NCBI GenBank assembly: GCA_963754655.1
Contig: CAVWGN010000001.1
Span: forward strand, 128,001-192,000
Length of the DNA: 64,000 nucleotides
Direction: 5' to 3'
Origin: an uncultured Chlamydiae bacterium
GTDB lineage: Bacteria > Chlamydiota > Chlamydiia > Chlamydiales > Parachlamydiaceae
Shown: one piece after another, positions 60,083 to 64,000 of the stretch
How positions within the stretch are numbered: position 1 is the stretch's first letter
Layout: each line of letters starts with the position of its first letter
Notes under the pieces: model-generated
Seen by the model: the letters and a program-made list of their open reading frames with translations, nothing else
The model's database searches: none
What the model was told of the DNA's origin: nothing
Position numbers and translations under genes: made by a program

Positions 60083-60175
60083 ACAATATCGGAAAGGTGG
60101 TGGGTGGTTTTTTGGTTTTTCAATGTCAGCTTCGAAAAACCAGAAAACCGTCCGATTAATTGGGTGGTGATTCAT

Positions 60176-60616
60176 ATGCCTGAAAATGCAGGAAAAATGC
60201 AGGTATCTGGAAAATTCCAGAAAGGTCAATCTGGAAATCCGAATGGCAAAGCAAAAGGCACAAAAAATCGTGCTACGCTTGCTGCTGAACAGCTGTTACA
60301 AGGAGATTTGGATAGTATTTGTCGAAAGTTGGTTGAAGAGGCTTTGACTGGCAATGTGCAGGCTATCAAACTCGTTCTAGATCGCGTGCTGCCACCAAAG
60401 AAAGATCGTGTTATTGATGTTCAGCTTCCAAAACTACAAACCACAGATGATGCCGTGAATGCGATATCAATAATCATTGATGCTCTAGGAAGTGGAGAGA
60501 TTACGCCAAGTGAGGGAGAAGCTATGTCTAGAGTTGTTGATGTGTTTATAAAGACCTTGCAGGAATATGAGATTGAAAAAAGGGTTAGCATGTTGGAGCA
60601 AGGACTGAAGAAATGA
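60176..60616 (+). CDS. DUF5681 protein (terminase small subunit-like)
   Basis: GKFQKGQSGNPNGKAKGTKNR, AL.G.VQAIK.VLDR; ATG at 60176 preferred. Confidence 0.72.
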   Translation: MPENAGKMQVSGKFQKGQSGNPNGKAKGTKNRATLAAEQLLQGDLDSICRKLVEEALTGNVQAIKLVLDRVLPPKKDRVIDVQLPKLQTTDDAVNAISIIIDALGSGEITPSEGEAMSRVVDVFIKTLQEYEIEKRVSMLEQGLKK

Positions 60617-60837
60617 CAAAATCAATTGAAAGGCGGGTGAAAAAGCTTGAAAACTCGTTGAATACTAATCGGAGTAAACGACGAGTGGCAACCGTGGTTT
60701 ATGATCCAAATATTTGCCCGCAATCCAATCTCCCTCTGATCGATGCAGATGTTATCTTGTGCTTGCCCGATAACGGGCACAGAATGCCTAAAGATCAACC
60801 TATACCGCCTGAGGGATATTTGATAGCCTACTCATAG
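60613..60837 (+). CDS. Small hypothetical protein
   Basis: 74 aa; ATGA overlap with the DUF5681 gene. Confidence 0.5.
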   Translation: MTKSIERRVKKLENSLNTNRSKRRVATVVYDPNICPQSNLPLIDADVILCLPDNGHRMPKDQPIPPEGYLIAYS

Positions 60838-60923
60838 TTTTTTTGAAATCAACACTTATGGCAGCTGTGCAGCTTTTTTATGCATAGTGTTGCATAGTAA
60901 AATGCATAGCTGTGTTATACGTT

Positions 60924-62585
60924 TTATACTGTATACGCTTGATTTGGAGAGTTTCCTCTTTCAGGATAAATATATTTCAATTTGCCGTCTTTGACTAGTG
61001 GGGTTAAATATTGCGTTACTAAATGTTTTTTATCTTTCCTGTTAAGGAATTTTGCAATTTCTTGAGCCGTAAGAGGTTTCCAAGAACAAAGTGCGTAAAT
61101 TAGAGATCTAACTTCTTCATTTTTAGATCTTTTATTTAACTTTTCAATCTTTGACTTCAATACATCGGGTAGCTTTTCTACTTCTAAAAACTCTTCAAAC
61201 TGGTAGGTTTTGGACGCTAGCTGGTGGGTTTTGAGCTCAGACTGGCAGGTTTTAGGTTCCAACTGGTGGGTTTTATACTCAAATAGCCCGTCTTTCTCTT
61301 CATTTGATGTAGATTTTTTCTTTGAAGAAATTTTACGAGAGGCTTCAGCATGGATGGGTAAAGTCACTAAGAAAAAGCTTTGGTTTTCATCAGTTTCAAA
61401 TTTAGGCGACGGAGAACCATTAGTTACCATAGCGTTATGGATTTTAGGAACACCGGTGCAGCGGCCTTCCGTTAAGTGTAGTTCTTTAAGAAAATCCCCT
61501 ATGCGTCTATTTCTATACGTTCTAACTCGTACAGTTCCTTTGTTTAAATCTTCAATTTTAAGTGGAGGGAGAGGTCCTGGAAAAGACAAAATTTCAATAC
61601 GATCATTGTGGATGCTAACCTCAATTGGCTCTCTTTGAGCATAATTTTTATGATAGACTGCATTGGCTAAAACTTCTTCTAAAGCAACATAAGGATAGTT
61701 ATAGAAGCGGTCGGCTTCAGCGCGATCGGGTCGTTTACGTACCTCCTCTTTAATCAAGATTGATTGAAGATATCGCAATGCCTCTTTTAGCTGAATGTGA
61801 ATAGGACCTTTAAAAATTTTCTCTGAAAAGCTATCTCCAATTTCGTCGTGAAATTCTACAATATCAATCTGGGCACAGGGAAAGAATTTTTCAGGTTGGT
61901 CATTGAACATCAGAAGGCCGATGTTCAAAGGTTTCAAAAATTCTTCTGGACCCTGAACAATTTGCATTTGGCGACACAGATTGGTAAACGGAATTTTATC
62001 TACTTCAGAAATGAGGTCGCTTTTAACTTCGCGCAAGAAATCTTTGATTATCCCTAAATTCAGATCAGAAAGTTTAGCTTGATGGCAAATACGATCATCA
62101 AAAGGTACTTGATTGGCCATTTCGTGGAGTTTTTGAATATCGCTTGTCTGAGCTTTCACCGTCGAAGAATTTCGTCTGATGAAATATGCGTAAATAGCGT
62201 TTTTTCCTAATGTCTCTGGAGACTGATAGGGCCTTGTTTGCCCACCCGGACACCAAACGACCAGAATCATTTTGTCTTGGAAGATGACGGGTGCAACAAC
62301 TGGATTGTATTGAGGACGTATTCTGTGGCTCAGTTCCAGCATCTCTTTTTGAATCGAATCGATTTTATTGGGCGATAAGCCAGTAGGAGGAAAAACTGGT
62401 TGGCCATTTTCTTCTTTTACGCCAATAATGAGATACCCACCTCCCCAGTTGTTAATATCGTTGGCGAAGGCTGAAACGGTACGAATGAATGCTTCAGGAT
62501 TCCAACCTTCTTTGAATTCCAAACGCTCCCATTCGACAATCTGTCCTTTAAGCAATTCATCAATGTTTATTGGCAGCGCAGTCAT
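60924..62585 (-). CDS. Schlafen/AlbA_2-domain protein with a HATPase_c_4-like domain and C-terminal wHTH
   Basis: EWERLEFKE, SAFAND..GGYLIIGV, ALEE.LANAV.HKNY, RNRRI, EGRCTG. Confidence 0.85.
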   Translation of the reverse strand: MTALPINIDELLKGQIVEWERLEFKEGWNPEAFIRTVSAFANDINNWGGGYLIIGVKEENGQPVFPPTGLSPNKIDSIQKEMLELSHRIRPQYNPVVAPVIFQDKMILVVWCPGGQTRPYQSPETLGKNAIYAYFIRRNSSTVKAQTSDIQKLHEMANQVPFDDRICHQAKLSDLNLGIIKDFLREVKSDLISEVDKIPFTNLCRQMQIVQGPEEFLKPLNIGLLMFNDQPEKFFPCAQIDIVEFHDEIGDSFSEKIFKGPIHIQLKEALRYLQSILIKEEVRKRPDRAEADRFYNYPYVALEEVLANAVYHKNYAQREPIEVSIHNDRIEILSFPGPLPPLKIEDLNKGTVRVRTYRNRRIGDFLKELHLTEGRCTGVPKIHNAMVTNGSPSPKFETDENQSFFLVTLPIHAEASRKISSKKKSTSNEEKDGLFEYKTHQLEPKTCQSELKTHQLASKTYQFEEFLEVEKLPDVLKSKIEKLNKRSKNEEVRSLIYALCSWKPLTAQEIAKFLNRKDKKHLVTQYLTPLVKDGKLKYIYPERGNSPNQAYTV

Positions 62586-62594
62586 TAAATATCC

Positions 62595-62894
62595 TTAATT
62601 TACTCCAACAATGGAGTCAGAAGTTGATTGATTCCGATGTTTCAATTGATTTTTCTTTTTGAGAACCAAAATTAGCTTTTGCAATTTTTGGAAAGCTAGT
62701 GGTGAGGGTTTAGCTTTTTGGTTTTCCCAACGATTTACTGTAGGAAATGAGACACCGAGCCTAACTGCAAATTGTTCCTGAGTTAATCCCATTTCTATTC
62801 GCAATTTACGGATTTGTTGACCAATTTGGTTTTCAGCACCTTCTTGTGCATCATCAAACTGGAACATACGGTTACCTTTAGGCCTGTTTTTCAT
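62595..62894 (-). CDS. XRE-family HTH transcriptional regulator
   Basis: LRIEMGLTQEQFAVRLGVSFPTVNRWEN..AKPS. Confidence 0.9.
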   Translation of the reverse strand: MKNRPKGNRMFQFDDAQEGAENQIGQQIRKLRIEMGLTQEQFAVRLGVSFPTVNRWENQKAKPSPLAFQKLQKLILVLKKKNQLKHRNQSTSDSIVGVN

Positions 62895-62910
62895 ATATCA
62901 GATGATATAT
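62893..62910. promoter_or_regulatory. Palindromic operator candidate ATATATCA-GA-TGATATAT
   Basis: Perfect 8-bp arms at the 5' end of the XRE gene. Confidence 0.4.
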
Positions 62911-63243
62911 TCTACAACAGATTGATAACAAGAAAAATATAGTCTGAAAGGAACTCCATGGAACAACATCTCCATTTTGTCCCAAGCCTATTGTCAAGTG
63001 GAAGAAGGTTGAGAGCCGTTGCAAACGAGATTTGGAGTGGTCCACTTAATTCAACGTTTTATGAATTTATTGAAGACTATGGAATTAACCTTATAGGCGA
63101 CTCTGGTAGATAGAGAAGGAAGAAGAAACGTCTAACGATGAACAAAATGCAAGGGCATTCCATTTCCTTCGACTGGCAAATGCAAAGTTACATCTTTGCC
63201 CTTATACCCATTGTCTATACTTTGCTCTCCGACCCTTCTGGGG

Positions 63244-63270
63244 GAAAAGGAGCCGCTGACAGCTCCTTTC
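63244..63270. terminator. Hairpin AAAGGAGC...GCTCCTTT
   Basis: Stem-loop downstream of the minus-strand hydrolase gene. Confidence 0.5.
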
Positions 63271-63345
63271 CTCTAGTCAATCATCTTGGCTAAATCAGCC
63301 ATGCATAATATTCCGTTCTTAATTCGCTCCCATGTTCCTGTTCAA

Positions 63346-63999
63346 TTAACCAATTTGAGAAGCAAATAACTCAAGGATTGAATTGAATTCTTCTGGTTTT
63401 TGCCGAAATACAGCATGCCCACCTTCAATAAAGTGGACCTTGCCAATCAAATTTCTATAGCTTAACGTTTTGATATAGTCATTATTTATTCCCTGGTCAC
63501 CCTTCCCCTGAATAATACAAAGAGGTGTGTCATCAGTTTCAACAAGCGCTTTTTGATCCCCACCAATTCCTTGTCCCATCGATTGAGCTAAGCGCTGGCG
63601 GGCATAACCATCAGTTTTTAGGGCGGCATCAATAATGAAACTTTCTTTTTGAACATCAAATCCACCACTGGTCATAAATTCGGATGCTTCTTCATATGTA
63701 AAGTTTGGCTTTGGAAATAATTCTCCAATGCGTGGATTAAAATTGAAGCCCATGCCCATTCCCTCAGATGAAACTGGGATAGGAGGCGTACCAGAAAGGA
63801 TTAAGCCAGCAAGTTTAGTCCCTTTTTGAATCATGTTTAATCCAATATGACCACCCAAAGACCAGCCCATAATAATTGGACGATCAAGCTGCAATTTTTT
63901 TATAATTTCGTTTGCTACTTCAGCATATCCTTCAATCGTATAAGCTCTTTCTGGATTTAATGCCTTTTGGCTATTGCCATGCCCAGGGAGATCAATCAA
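63346..63999 (-). CDS. Alpha/beta hydrolase (5'-partial)
   Basis: IDLPGHG.S, GWSLGG, QG..D, GH. Confidence 0.88.
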   Translation of the reverse strand: MIDLPGHGNSQKALNPERAYTIEGYAEVANEIIKKLQLDRPIIMGWSLGGHIGLNMIQKGTKLAGLILSGTPPIPVSSEGMGMGFNFNPRIGELFPKPNFTYEEASEFMTSGGFDVQKESFIIDAALKTDGYARQRLAQSMGQGIGGDQKALVETDDTPLCIIQGKGDQGINNDYIKTLSYRNLIGKVHFIEGGHAVFRQKPEEFNSILELFASQIG

Positions 64000-64000
64000 A

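Larger units (their letters stand above)
55849..64000. mobile_element. tRNA-Pro-integrated island (phage-satellite-like); right boundary not seen
   Basis: att fragment, integrase, AlpA, helicase, DUF5681 and cargo genes; no second att copy found in the window. Confidence 0.7.

Noticed and set aside
1030..62598. Many short antisense or overlapping ORFs in the six-frame track
   Set aside because: They are shadows of well-supported genes and carry no motifs of their own.
62958..63113. 51-aa plus-strand ORF with a possible SD
   Set aside because: No recognisable motif and too little support.

Overview
The window looks like chromosomal DNA from an environmental chlamydia (Parachlamydiaceae/Protochlamydia-like). 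This is inferred from the Chlamydia-type gene orders dus-yggT-three conserved ORFs-ygfA-recA and ispA-glmU, and from the F-box and coiled-coil effector-like genes. Besides housekeeping genes (aspC/tyrB, mreC, hemF, transaldolase, acyP, dusB, recA, ispA) it holds six notable blocks. (1) A ~14 kb minus-strand respiratory cluster: a GltD/DsrL-type Fe-S flavoprotein, CcoS, a Rieske protein, a fused b6-type cytochrome b, a 1423-aa hepta-haem cytochrome c, cbb3 CcoN/CcoO, a haem-less CcoP stub and a haem oxygenase. This is the best candidate for an undescribed system. (2) A nested stack of mobile DNA at 16.6-18.9 kb: an IS200-type tnpA end/REP repeat interrupted by an IS4 (10-bp TSD) and by a composite of two inverted MITEs around a REPIN-like palindrome (7-bp direct repeat), with sibling tnpA remnants at 38.9-39.4 kb. 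(3) A phage-satellite-like island starting at a tRNA-Pro(GGG) 3' fragment: integrase, frameshifted AlpA, RepA-type helicase, iteron-like repeats, DUF5681 protein and Schlafen/AlbA_2 cargo; it probably runs past the window end. (4) A DUF917/hydantoinase/permease operon headed by an unknown gene and a possible leader peptide. (5) Two Ig-repeat surface proteins sharing a conserved C-terminal domain. (6) A cluster of DnaA-box-like 9-mers upstream of glmU, a candidate oriC. All calls come from motif recognition by eye; no database search was run.
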